A stretch of 24,926 bases of DNA from Octopus sinensis. Lineage: Eukaryota. Under the pieces are notes generated by a model, which was given only the letters and a program-made list of their open reading frames with translations, had not been told where the DNA came from and searched no databases. The stretch is taken from NCBI RefSeq assembly GCF_006345805.1, contig NW_021836224.1, forward strand, positions 1 to 24,926, in the 5' to 3' direction. The position numbers and the translations under genes are program-made. Positions 1 to 10,478 of this stretch are shown here, piece by piece. Numbering within the stretch: position 1 is the first letter of the stretch; each line of letters starts with the position of its first letter.

Positions 1-89
1 CTCTATGTATATATATATGTGAGTGTGTGAGTGTGCGCACTCGCGTGTGTGAGTAATCGTCCCTACAGGTTCTACGACTCGAGGTAGTA

Positions 90-141
<52 letters not shown>

Positions 142-229
142 CGATGATGATGATGATGATGATAATGATGACAATGATGATGATGATGACGACAATGATG
201 ATGATGTTTATGATGATGATGATGATGAT
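90..229 (+). repeat. (ATG)n microsatellite
   Basis: Near-perfect ATG run with a few ACG/ACA/GTG variants; explains the poly-M and poly-H ORFs. Confidence 0.95.
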
Positions 230-995
230 AAGGAGGCGGAGGAGGAGGTGGTGGAACTGTACTCAGAGGAATATTCATTAGCCATGGCAACTTATGTCAG
301 ATTAATTTGCATCGTAGCAGATGAAGCACTTTTAGATTTTCCATTTAGATATTTTGAACATAAACGACGCCAAGAAGCTGCTGGCTGGAATAACGGTACG
401 TTTCTGATTTATTCTACGACTTGGTTTCCACTAAATCTCGAAGACATTTTTACCTTCCTCTACGCAATTAATGCCCTTAGGAAAACATAATCGCCTTAAC
501 TCATGCTTAATCCAGTTCTTACCTGATGAAAGCAACTGAAAAATCTGTTATCTTCGTTGGTATCCTGTAACGGTGCTACATCGTACGTAACTGGATAAGA
601 GGGTTTAATGAGAGAAAGAAAAAAATGCAGATCTCAACGAGTGCAATTTCTTAATCAACTCAAAGTAATTAGTTACGTTTACATCAAAATATATTTCGAT
701 ACAAATATACGAAGATGTGTCTATATTCGCATTATACGGTATTAACAACAGACAAATTCGTTAATGTAATGGAGATATTTATTATTAAAATAACATAACT
801 TTTTCATTTTTGTTTTCCTTGCGTGCTAGTCAAATGCACTTCGAAGCCATAACGATAAGTTTAGACGTATGAACGAGTACATGTCTTAAGAACTATTGCA
901 ATATCAGATATGGCAAGGTGTCAACTTTAGTGTGTTTAATTCTATTTCGTTTTTCGTTGAACAGAGAAGTCTGTAAATTAATGCCTACATTCCGT

Positions 996-1180
996 CCATC
1001 CATCCATCCATCCATCCATCCATCCATCCATCCATCCATCCAACCATTCATCCATCCATCCATACATTCATCCATCCATCTATACATTCATACATACATA
1101 CATGCATACATACATATATACATACATACAAATATACATACATACATACATACATACATACATACATACATACATACATA
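996..1180 (+). repeat. compound (CATC)n-(CATA)n microsatellite
   Basis: Directly visible tetranucleotide runs. Confidence 0.95.
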
Positions 1181-1503
1181 AACCTGATATAATATTTGGG
1201 ATAGAGAAGAAAAACTGTCCATAGTTGTAAAAATTAGTTGCCCTTAACATAAGGCTGAAGATCAGTGAAAAAGGGAACATCTATGCTGAACTATTGAGAA
1301 ATCTGCAGTTACTCTATCCAGATTACAAGTTCATGTTTTTACCTGTAATTATTGGGGCACTGGGATATGTAGCCCACTGCCTAAATACCAATCTTGAGAA
1401 ATTAGGCTTTTCAAAACTAGAAAGGAGAAAGCCGATTCGAAGACTACAGATCCAGTCCATCACTGGAACTGTAAAAATCTGTAAACAGAAGTTTATCATT
1501 TAA
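1180..1503 (+). pseudogene. decayed RLE endonuclease domain fragment
   Basis: Includes ORF 1294..1503; upstream part frameshifted; the expected acidic residue in VV(E/D)ISCP reads K. Confidence 0.75.
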
Positions 1504-1724
1504 GTATATATGAGCATGTCAGGATATGCAAATATATGCATGAGAATACATACATAAAACATACAAATCTGGACATACATACATATATACATACATACGT
1601 ACATACATACATACAAAAATACTCTGTTGTTAATGTTGAAATTCCAATGAAGGAGCCTTGGGTCTTGGTTAGAAACCGGTACTTTCCCTATTGGCAAGAA
1701 ATCTTGAAATAAATTGAATAATGG
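1180..1724 (+). mobile_element. 5'-truncated RLE-type non-LTR retrotransposon (R4/Dong-like; NeSL not excluded): endonuclease C-terminus plus 3' UTR
   Basis: Translation across two frameshifts gives KPDII/WDREEKLSIVVKISCP/NIRLKISEKGNIYAELLRNLQLLYPDYKFMFLPVIIGALGYV...LQIQSITGTVKICK, matching the PD-(D/E)xK restriction-like endonuclease tail of R2-group elements (R/KPD, K..EK..Y, P(I/V)(V/I)IGALG). Stop at 1503, AATAAA at 1708-1713, (CATA)n on both sides. Confidence 0.8.
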
Positions 1725-1830
1725 CATACATACATGCATACATTCATACATACAAACATTCATACATGCATATTGTACATACATACATTCATACATACAC
1801 ATATGCATACAGACAGACATACATACATAC
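1725..1830 (+). repeat. degenerate (CATA)n microsatellite
   Basis: Directly visible. Confidence 0.9.
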
Positions 1831-2009
1831 TTGCACTTTCTGCTTTTTCCTATTGTCGTTCGTTCCTACTCTGGTTGTTCTTACTGTTTTTTCTAATCCG
1901 CACCTGTTATCTCCCCTTCCCCCTAGCTCTCCTTTGTGACCCTTCTGTCCGGCATTCGCCATGATAGATCGCCAGCCACTACACAATCTTTATTTTCTCT
2001 TCTTTTTTT

Positions 2010-2122
2010 TCTGTGTTCCTTTGTGTGGAAGAGCGTAGGCTCGAAACGTTAAAAATATTCAACTAATACATGTTTTTTTATCTACACCACCTGTCTTCGT
2101 CTTCTGTTTTTTTTGCGAATTC
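2010..2122 (+). mobile_element. dispersed repeat fragment, homologous to 19620-19760 and inverted 20180-20330
   Basis: Shared GAAGAGCGTAGGCTCGAAACG / GAACAGCGTCGGCTCGAAAC, AACTAATACA and CTTCGT blocks in the same order. Confidence 0.65.
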
Positions 2123-2204
2123 TCCCCATAAATATATATATATATATATTATATATATATGTAGTTGACATAACAACAACAGCAACAACGACAACAACAA
2201 TAAT

Positions 2205-2430
2205 GGTTTCAAATTTTGGCACAAGGCCAGCAATTCTGGAGCAAGAGGCAAATCGATTACATGGTATTTATTTTATCGATCCTAGAGCAAATCGATTACT
2301 GGTATTTATTTTATCGATCCGAGAGCATGAAAAGCAAGTCGACATGGGCAGTATTAGAATTCAGGACGTAAAAACGGATGAAATGGCGCTAAGTATTTTT
2401 TCCGGTATGCTAAATATTCTGCCAGCTCTC
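2205..2430 (-). mobile_element. degenerate tRNA-derived SINE (family B, MetaSINE-like core) with internal ~37-bp duplication
   Basis: Similar to 14329-14467 (AAGTCGAC...GAA.TCAG.ACGTAAA.AC.GA); GCAAATCGATTAC(A)TGGTATTTATTTTATCGATCC occurs twice (2245-2282, 2285-2320). Superfamily assignment is from recall. Confidence 0.6.
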
Positions 2431-2437
2431 CCATCCC

Positions 2438-2439
<2 letters not shown>

Positions 2440-2486
<47 letters not shown>

Positions 2487-2552
2487 CACTACTACTACTA
2501 CTACCACCACCACCACCACCACCACCATCACCACCACCACCACCACCACCAT
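2440..2552 (+). repeat. compound (CTA)n-(CCA)n microsatellite
   Basis: Directly visible. Confidence 0.95.
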
Positions 2553-2618
2553 CAGCATCGGTTGTCAAGCGTTGTTGGGGTTCAAACACAGAAACATATA
2601 CACACATACACACATACA

Positions 2619-2663
<45 letters not shown>

Positions 2664-2946
2664 GTATATACATATATATATGACGGGCTTCTTTCAGTTT
2701 CCGTCTACCAAATCCACTCACAAGGCTTTGGTCGGCCCAAGGCTTTGGTCGGCCCAAGGCTTTGGTCGGCCCAAGGCTTTGGTCGGCCCAAGGCTTTGGT
2801 CGGCCCAAGGCTTTGGTCGGCCCAAGGCTTTGGTCGGCCCAAGGCTATAGTAGAAGACACTTGCCCAAGGTGCCACGCAGTTGGACTGAACCTGGAACCA
2901 TGTGGTTCGTTAGCAAGCTACTTACCACACAGCCACTCCTACGCCT
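2553..2946 (-). mobile_element. tRNA-derived CORE-like SINE (family A, octopus OR-like), 3' truncated
   Basis: Minus strand: A-box-like TGGCTGTGTGG (2935-2925), B-box-like GGTTCAGTCC (2892-2883), CORE-like GGCACCTTGGGCAAGTGTCTT (2874-2854), internal (TA)n(TG)n. Homologous to copies at 4787 and 5953. Confidence 0.85.
2721..2846 (+). repeat. perfect 17-bp minisatellite CAAGGCTTTGGTCGGCC x7.4 inside the SINE
   Basis: Units start at 2721, 2738, 2755, 2772, 2789, 2806, 2823; partial unit at 2840. Confidence 0.95.
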
Positions 2947-2983
2947 AATAATGATAATAATAATAGTAATAATAACAATAATG

Positions 2984-3024
<41 letters not shown>

Positions 3025-3115
3025 TGAATAATAATATAATAATGGTAATAATAATAATAAAAATAATAATAATGATAATAATAATAGTAATAAGAATGGT
3101 AAGAATAATAATATA
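2947..3115 (+). repeat. degenerate (AAT)n microsatellite
   Basis: Directly visible; abuts the SINE head. Confidence 0.9.
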
Positions 3116-3304
3116 GATACTAAGTGTTTTTATATTTTGCTTCCTTTTGATCTCAGGTGCAACAGTACCTGTTAAAATAAATAACAAAAAAATCCAAAAT
3201 ACTCTTGTTTATAGTACAATCTGTGAACGTCAAACAATACAAGGAGCAAACACGAACACATACAGACATACACTCAGACAGAAAGACAAATACACACACA
3301 CTCA

Positions 3305-3485
3305 CACACACACACATGCAGACTAATACACACACATACGCACACATACAGACTTACATACAGACAGACAGAGAAATACACACACACACACATGCAGACT
3401 AATACACACACATACGCACACATACAGACTTACATATAGACAGACAGAGAAATACACACACACACATACATATACAGTCTAATAC
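3305..3485 (+). repeat. 76-bp tandem duplication in CA-rich sequence
   Basis: CATGCAGACTAATACAC at 3315 and 3391, third degenerate copy near 3465. Confidence 0.8.
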
Positions 3486-3492
3486 ACGCACA

Positions 3493-3534
<42 letters not shown>

Positions 3535-3907
3535 CTCAGTGTTGTAACAGTGTCACACAGCTTCAGTTGAGGACAAGCAATGAAAATTGTGTACTAAAAT
3601 GTTCTGCTTAAAATGGCTTCATGGCCATACATCAAAGTTCCTTTGCGGTTTATACTTTACATTTTCATTTCTTTATTATTTTTATTCTCGTCCATCAGAT
3701 TTCCTTCGCGTTAAGCTTTTGTCCACTGTAAAAAAAACGACATCGACTCTCTGCCTTTTTGACACCGTAATTGTCCATCATCACCACTCGCCACCCCCAC
3801 TGCCCTTCTGTCTGTATCCTTCTTGCAAGCAATGTAAAAAGGTCCTGAGGAGATAATGGCTCCTTCTTCTTACCCACTTTCTCTCTCTCTCTTTCTCTCT
3901 CTCTCAC

Positions 3908-3950
<43 letters not shown>

Positions 3951-4004
3951 GATACGTAGACATGTGTTTTTATAAGTGGTGTGTGTATATATATATACAT
4001 TTAT

Positions 4005-4076
<72 letters not shown>

Positions 4077-4153
4077 ACAAAGGGTCAAATTAATTAATTA
4101 AGAAGTAATTAGTAATTTCACAAGTAGATTGCGTGGATTGTTTTCAAGTACTT

Positions 4154-4255
4154 TGGTTTTTCTGGGAGCCTCTTTTAAAGTAGAAGGAAAGGCTAAGATT
4201 TTTTTGACTGCTATTTCTAAACTTCGGTATGTGACGAAGCAAATCTTGCTGAACC

Positions 4256-4256
<1 letters not shown>
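4154..4256 (+). repeat. diverged dispersed relative of part of the hammerhead array unit
   Basis: AGTAGAAG...TTTGACTGCTATTTCTAAA(C)TTCGGTATGTG...TTGCTGAACCC aligns by eye to the unit segment at about 9955-10060. Confidence 0.75.
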
Positions 4257-4299
<43 letters not shown>

Positions 4300-4327
4300 T
4301 ATATATACATGTGTATTCGTGTATTTT

Positions 4328-4410
4328 TTCCAGTCATTTGATTGCGGCCATGATGGAGCACTGACTTTAGTCGAAGAAATCGACCCCAGGACTTTTTCTT
4401 TAAAAGCCTT
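4328..4410 (-). mobile_element. SINE family A 3' fragment
   Basis: CAGTCATTTGATTGCGGCCATG.TGGAGCAC...AATCGACCCCAGGACTT matches 5953-6030. Confidence 0.75.
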
Positions 4411-4448
4411 ACGAGATCAGTGACAGTGTGTCGTTTTAAAGGTATATA

Positions 4449-4587
4449 CTGTGAGCAAGGTCGTATGGCTGCCATCTCTAGCCTGCGGGTTGTCCTGTCC
4501 CGAGGAAGAGAAATAACACAAGAACCATTGGTCTACAGGTATCGCTAAGGCTAGAAAGGGAACAACAATAAACTCCCTTGCTCACAG
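4449..4587. mobile_element. candidate TA-flanked MITE
   Basis: TA-CTGTGAGCAAGG (4447-4460) and CCTTGCTCACAG-TA (4576-4589) are perfect inverted repeats; inner IR TCTAGCCT/AGGCTAGA. Confidence 0.5.
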
Positions 4588-4786
4588 TAGACGGGCACAG
4601 ACCATGTGTCGGTAGCCAGCTGGAAAAGATACTTTCCTGGGCCTAAAAAAGTAGTAACATCGTCCTGCGTAGGACCGGCACATTGTGTTGGCAAATATAC
4701 TTTACAATAATTAATTCGTCTCTATGAAATTTTGTTGGATGAAAGGAAATTAAACATTATAAAAAAGATCATTGACATCGTTAACT

Positions 4787-5165
4787 ATGGGTGAAGCCGT
4801 AATCTTATAGTAAGAAGTTTGGTTTCAAATGACATGGTTGCGTGGCATCTTGGGCAAATGTCTTCTACTGTAGCCTCGGGCTGACCAAAGTTCGGGAATG
4901 GATTTGGTATAAGGAAACTGAAAGAAGCCCCTTGTATGTGTGTGTGAGGGTGCGTCTTTGAGTTTGCGTTTGTCTCCCACCACTGCTTCACCACCGGTGT
5001 TGTTGATGTCCCTATAACTTAGCGGTTCGCTAAAATGAGGATGTTAGAATGAATATCAGAATTAAGGAGAAAATATAAGTACTGAGATCGATTTACTTGA
5101 CTAAACGTTTTTCAAAATGGTGCACCAGCATGGCCGCAGCCCAATTGCTGGAACAAGAGAAAAAA
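4787..5165 (+). mobile_element. diverged near-full-length SINE family A
   Basis: Head, CORE-like GGCATCTTGGGCAAATGTCTT, internal TG run, TAACTTAGCGGTTCG, 3' CCAGCATGGCCGCAG and an A-rich tail in order. Confidence 0.75.
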
Positions 5166-5952
5166 TAAGCAAATAAACTTCTTAAAAAAAAGTATTACTT
5201 TCGTTAACTATAAAAGGAGATACAAATTTTAACAAACCAGTTGACAGGCGATACACATGGTATGTCAGAGACAAAGGCAAGGGTTTTTTTTAAGAAAAGT
5301 AACGGAACAGTGTGTTAGAAATCTTATGAACGAGCTGTAAAAGCCTGGGGAAAACTACTGGTGTTTCCTTGAACCCGCATTTAGATAATGACAAATGGAC
5401 AAGTTTGGGGTTCCTGTTTACGTATTGCGGGTAGGTGGAGAGAAGGATGTAGAATCCAATAGACTAAGAAAGGGGTTAGAATAGGGTGTGGGTGGGTATG
5501 AGGTATGTATACTGCGAATCAAAGACAGCTGTTTAGTGGAGAGACAGAAAGACAAGCAGCAGACAGGAAAATAGAGTGGGGAGGAAGGAGAGCGGTATGG
5601 GGGAAAGAACTGAACACAGCATAGTTCAGGTCAGGTCAAGATTCATCAATCCAACAAAAGATATGTCAGAACACGACATGTTTATGTTGGAGAGACGGCA
5701 TGTAGTCATGATCCATCCGTTTATCTATCCGCACACGAACACACACACACACATACACACACAAACACACAAACACACACACATCATCATCATCTATCTC
5801 TTTCTACCTTTCTCTCTCTTTCGCTGTCTCTCTCTCTCTCTCTCTCTCTGTATATATATATGTAAATTATAATTTAAAAAAAAGAAATCGAGTTAGAGAA
5901 GGTACAGTAGTATATTTTAGAGAGAATACTCTTTTTAATTTTTTTTCCTTAT

Positions 5953-6312
5953 TTTAGTCATTTGATTGTGGCCATGCTGGAGCACCGCCATTTTAGTCGA
6001 GCAAATCGACCCCAGGACTTATTATTTGTAAGCCTAGTACTTATTCGATCGGTCTCTCTTGCCCAACCGCTAAGTTACGGGGACGTAACACCTAGCATCG
6101 GTTGTCAAGCGGTGTTGGGGGAACAAACACAGACACACAAACATACACAGACACACACACACACACACACACATACACACATATATACATATACATATAT
6201 ACGACGGGCTTCTTTCAATTTCCGTCTACTAAATCCACTCTCAAGGCTTTGGTCGGCTGGAGGTTATAGTAGAATACACTTGCCCAAGGTGACACGCAGT
6301 GGGATTGAACCC
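5953..6312 (-). mobile_element. SINE family A, 5' truncated within the tRNA-like head
   Basis: Contains the 3' body, internal CA/TA microsatellite, ACGGGCTTCTTTCA.TTTCCGTCTAC, CORE-like segment and B-box-like GGTTCAATCCC. Confidence 0.85.
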
Positions 6313-6379
6313 ATACATATATTGTATTTCGGGATGGTCAATTTTTTGCCGAATAAAATTGGTAAACGTCTATACATAC

Positions 6380-6421
<42 letters not shown>

Positions 6422-6889
6422 ACGACATCCTAAGAATCTAGCAACTACAAAGTTTCTAAAATGGCTAAAGCAATTCGAAGAATTACTTTGGCCGGAGATG
6501 TGTGTTAATGTCCAGCGAGTAGCATTTATCTGGGTTTTTTTCTATCCAACGTGTTTCTAATATAATATGTACAGGCTATTATTCATAGCTATTTTTTTGC
6601 TTCGAGATTCACCGTTTCTAAAAGGAATTATGCATATGTCGAACGTTTTATTGAAGTTCTAGACAGGTTATCAATTAGGTGATAACCTCGAATCTAGCAG
6701 GAAGTGAATCCGGGGTCTAATTAAAACTTCAGAAAGCATTTACTCAGGTGCTGTACTGACTTGCCTCCTTTCAGTGACGGTGAAATATTTATTAAATAAC
6801 AGAGTATAATAAATTTTTCGATATTCGAAATATTAAATAAAGTATTATCAAAAACTGGACACAAAAATTTCATCTAAATAGTAATTCTA

Positions 6890-7500
6890 TCCTTCGTTTC
6901 TTCTTTCTCGTTTCTTTCGTTTTTCTCATTATCTTTCTTTCCATCTTTCTCTTTCACTTCCCCTCGTTCTTTCATTCTTTCCTTCATTTTTCTTTATTCT
7001 CCTTTTTCTTTTATTTTAACACCTTTCATTCACCTGTAGTTCTTCGTTTATCTATTTCTGTTTCTTCCATTCTTTTTTACTTTTCTTTCTCTTCCTTCTT
7101 TCCCTTTAAAATTTTTCTTTCTTTCTTCCGTTCTTTCACTCTCTCTTTCTACCTTTATTTCTACCTTCCATTGCTTTTGTATTTCTATCCTTCTTTCATT
7201 CACTCCTTTATATATATATATATTATATATATATATATATTATATATATATATATATACATATATATGTATGTATGTATGTATGTATATATATTGTATAT
7301 TTATTTATTTAGTATTTCACCATTCTCTCTTTATTTCTTAATTTCGCTGTCTTTAACTTTTCGCTTTCTGTCCTCCTTCCTTCTTTCTTTCTTTCCTTTG
7401 TTCTATCTCTCGCTCTTCCCCCTTTCTCGTTCTCTTTCCCGTCTTGTCTTTTCTTCCACTTTCCTTCACATTCATTCTTCTTTACTCTCATTCGTTTAAA
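6890..7500 (+). repeat. pyrimidine-rich low-complexity tract interrupted by (TA)n
   Basis: Strong C/T strand bias. Confidence 0.8.
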
Positions 7501-7977
7501 CACAACGCATCCCAAACTTCATTCACAAGTAGCACAAAAGTTACAAAATGGGAAGGCGTGGCATTCATGCCTTTTTTTTTATTTATATATTCCCCCCTCG
7601 GCAAATATGTCAATATTTATTACAGCAACAATATGTCTCCCACACTGTACTCTTTTGTTCGCTATTGATCATCCCAAAAGCTTTCGATGTTCGCTCAACG
7701 CGATTTGAACTTTCGATTCATTGGTCCTCCTCTATTGCACACCTTCTTAAAACCTATGCAATCTGCTCTTCTCTATGTAATAGGAATTTCCACCATTTCT
7801 ATTTATTTATTTATTTATTTATTTATTTATCCTAGTTATTTATTTGTCTAATGTATGGAGAAAACTATATGGGCGAAGATAAATATCGCGTCACAGGCTG
7901 TGAGATATAACCAGATGGTTCACATCAAAGAATAAGGGGCGTGTGCATGTGTATCTTTGCTTGTGTGTGTGGTGTGT

Positions 7978-8012
<35 letters not shown>

Positions 8013-8818
8013 AGATAGAAAGACAGAGAGATAGAAAGAGAGTGACAGATGGAGAGAGGAACAGAGAGAGGGAGAGCAATATCTGATATGTTCGTCCCTG
8101 TATTTCTTCTATGCCTCGGTATTGTCTGTAGGTACAGGAAGAAAATTAGGACAAGCGTTGTGTTGATACGAGGTAATACACACTAACACAAACGCACACA
8201 TTTGGATATACATGCACAATAGCAGACAGAAGCAAACAAACGAACACACACACATACACGTACACACAAAATTACTCACATCACACAACTATAGTAATAT
8301 AATATATATATATTATATATAATATATATATATATATATAATAAACACATATATAGTCATACGTACAACAGACACAGGCACATATATATATATATATATG
8401 TATGTATATGGGTGGGTGTATATAATTGTGTGTGTAGTTATAAGTGTGCATTTATTGCAGGAAAGTGTATTTGGGGCAGGGAGCTGCTTGTGGCACTATA
8501 TGTTGTGGCAGAGGTGGGGTGGTGGTGGTGGTAGTCGCGGTGGCGGTGGTATCAATCACACCGTTCTAGAACCTTCATAATTATTCTTCGTTGTTCTTTA
8601 CCCTGATTAAGAAACGAAAGGAAGAAATATATACATGTGTGTGTCTGAGGGTGTGTGTATGTGTGTGTGTTGTTGTGTGTATGCATGCATATAAATATAT
8701 AGTTATATATACACATAGATTGATAGATATACATACGCACACTCAAACACATAACACACACACGCACACACACGCACACACACATGTAAATCACAAAAAT
8801 CTAAGCGGAGAGTTGATA

Positions 8819-8820
<2 letters not shown>

Positions 8821-8902
<82 letters not shown>

Positions 8903-8942
8903 GTCATCATCATCGTCATCATCATCATCATCATCATCGTCG

Positions 8943-8987
<45 letters not shown>

Positions 8988-9018
8988 CCATCATCATTAT
9001 CATCATCATCATCATCAT
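8821..9018. repeat. (GAT)14 switching to (CAT)n, with an 82-bp perfect palindrome at 8821-8902
   Basis: Centre GA|TC at 8860-8863; the arms are exact reverse complements. Confidence 0.9.
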
Positions 9019-9350
9019 GCTTATGATAATTATAGGAAAGACCGTGATGTTAATAGTAAAGAATAAGATATGATTACGAAGTTTCTTCTATGTATGAATG
9101 GATGCAAGTATGTATGTATTTGGCTATGTATGTTTGCGTGTATTAATGTACGTATGTATGAATGTAAATATGTATGGATGAATGGATCTCTGTGTGCGAG
9201 TGAGCGTGTGTGAGTATGCCTGTCATATGTATGCATACGTACTTATCATTTGGGTCCTCCTGTTTTCAAGGCGAATTCCTAGGCAATTCGGCAATATTGT
9301 GCTTACACAAACAAACTTAGATATATATATATATATCTGAATTATGTATT

Positions 9351-9386
<36 letters not shown>

Positions 9387-9388
9387 CA

Positions 9389-9423
<35 letters not shown>

Positions 9424-9776
9424 TACATATTATATATAATAATATATATATATATATATGTAAGCACTTATGTATAATGGATGGATGGATGGAGGAATAT
9501 AGGGTGGTATACACACGCGCGCACCCACAATCTCAATTAAAACAATTTAAGCTTTTGAGATTGTTTCCCTCTAAGAGAGATATTTGAAAAATGAAAGAAT
9601 TATTTATACATACAATATGTGTATAATATATATATTATATTATATATATATTATATATATATATATATTTGAATTCGGTGATACTAGTTGAGGATTCTAG
9701 CTCGCTCTGATACTGAGTTGAGTTGGTACCTCCTAGTATCTCAAAATTCAATATATAATCATTATGATTATAGTAT

Positions 9777-9883
9777 TCCACGCTGAAGAGAAAAGAAGTT
9801 TCGGTAAGATAGAATTATTTAATATTTAATATTTTAATTCTTATGCTTTCCTAAAACTTGATTTCGAAACGTACGTCCGTGGA
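9777..9883 (+). ncRNA. type I hammerhead ribozyme, unit 1 (intact core; predicted cleavage after C9877)
   Basis: Helix I TCCACG 9777-9782 / CGTGGA 9878-9883; CTGAAGA 9783-9789; helix II closed by G9790-C9865 (GAAA/TTTC); GAAAC 9866-9870; GTAC; GTC 9875-9877. Confidence 0.85.
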
Positions 9884-10373
9884 TAACTTTTAAAAATGTG
9901 TTTGATAGATTGCGGTTAATTCATTCTCTCTTACTGTTTGTGTCAGCCTTCCCATTGCTGTTTTTACTGAGATCTCCCTTTCTAGTAGAAGAAATAGCTA
10001 TAACCCTTTGACTGCTATTTCTAAATTCGGTATGTGGTAAGGCAACTCGTTGCTGAACCTTATTGCTTAGTATTACTTAAATTTTCCTCAAATGAGGCTT
10101 TTACATGCCGAAGACTACTTGGTGTAATTGATAATTATTCCAATTTAATTAATTTCACCCTTCATTATTACGGATAACCATATTTATCTCAGTAGATGAC
10201 TACAGCATCTTGTTTTGGCTACACGCGGGTGGGAAGGGGCTGTTGACACAATCGTTTTCATTCACAAATTTTGAATTCGGTGATACTAGTTGAGGATTCT
10301 AGCTCGCTCTGATACTGAGTTGAGTTGGTACCTCAGTATCTCAAAATTCAATATATCATTATGATTATAGTAT

Positions 10374-10478
10374 TCCACGCTGAAAGAAAAGAAGTTTCGG
10401 TAAGATAGAATTATTTATATTTAATATTTTAATTCTTATGCTTTCCTAAAACTTGATTTCGAAACGTACGTCCGTGGA
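10374..10478 (+). ncRNA. type I hammerhead ribozyme, unit 2 (core G8 missing as assembled; site after C10472)
   Basis: Reads CTGAAAGAAAAG versus consensus CTGAAGAGAAAAG; the rest of the fold is intact. Confidence 0.65.

Noticed and set aside
2721-2846. CRISPR-like short repeats
   Set aside because: Contiguous 17-mers without spacers, inside a SINE.
2883-2946. tRNA gene
   Set aside because: A and B boxes are present but run into a CORE-like SINE body, with no cloverleaf; this is a SINE head.
3660-3860. Polypyrimidine tract plus AG at ~3698, a possible exon
   Set aside because: No recognisable protein in any frame on either strand and no convincing donor.
72-9236. Many 60-245 aa ORFs rich in H, M, T, I, V, C, Y
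   Set aside because: They are translations of microsatellites and SINE sequence, with no domain-like content.
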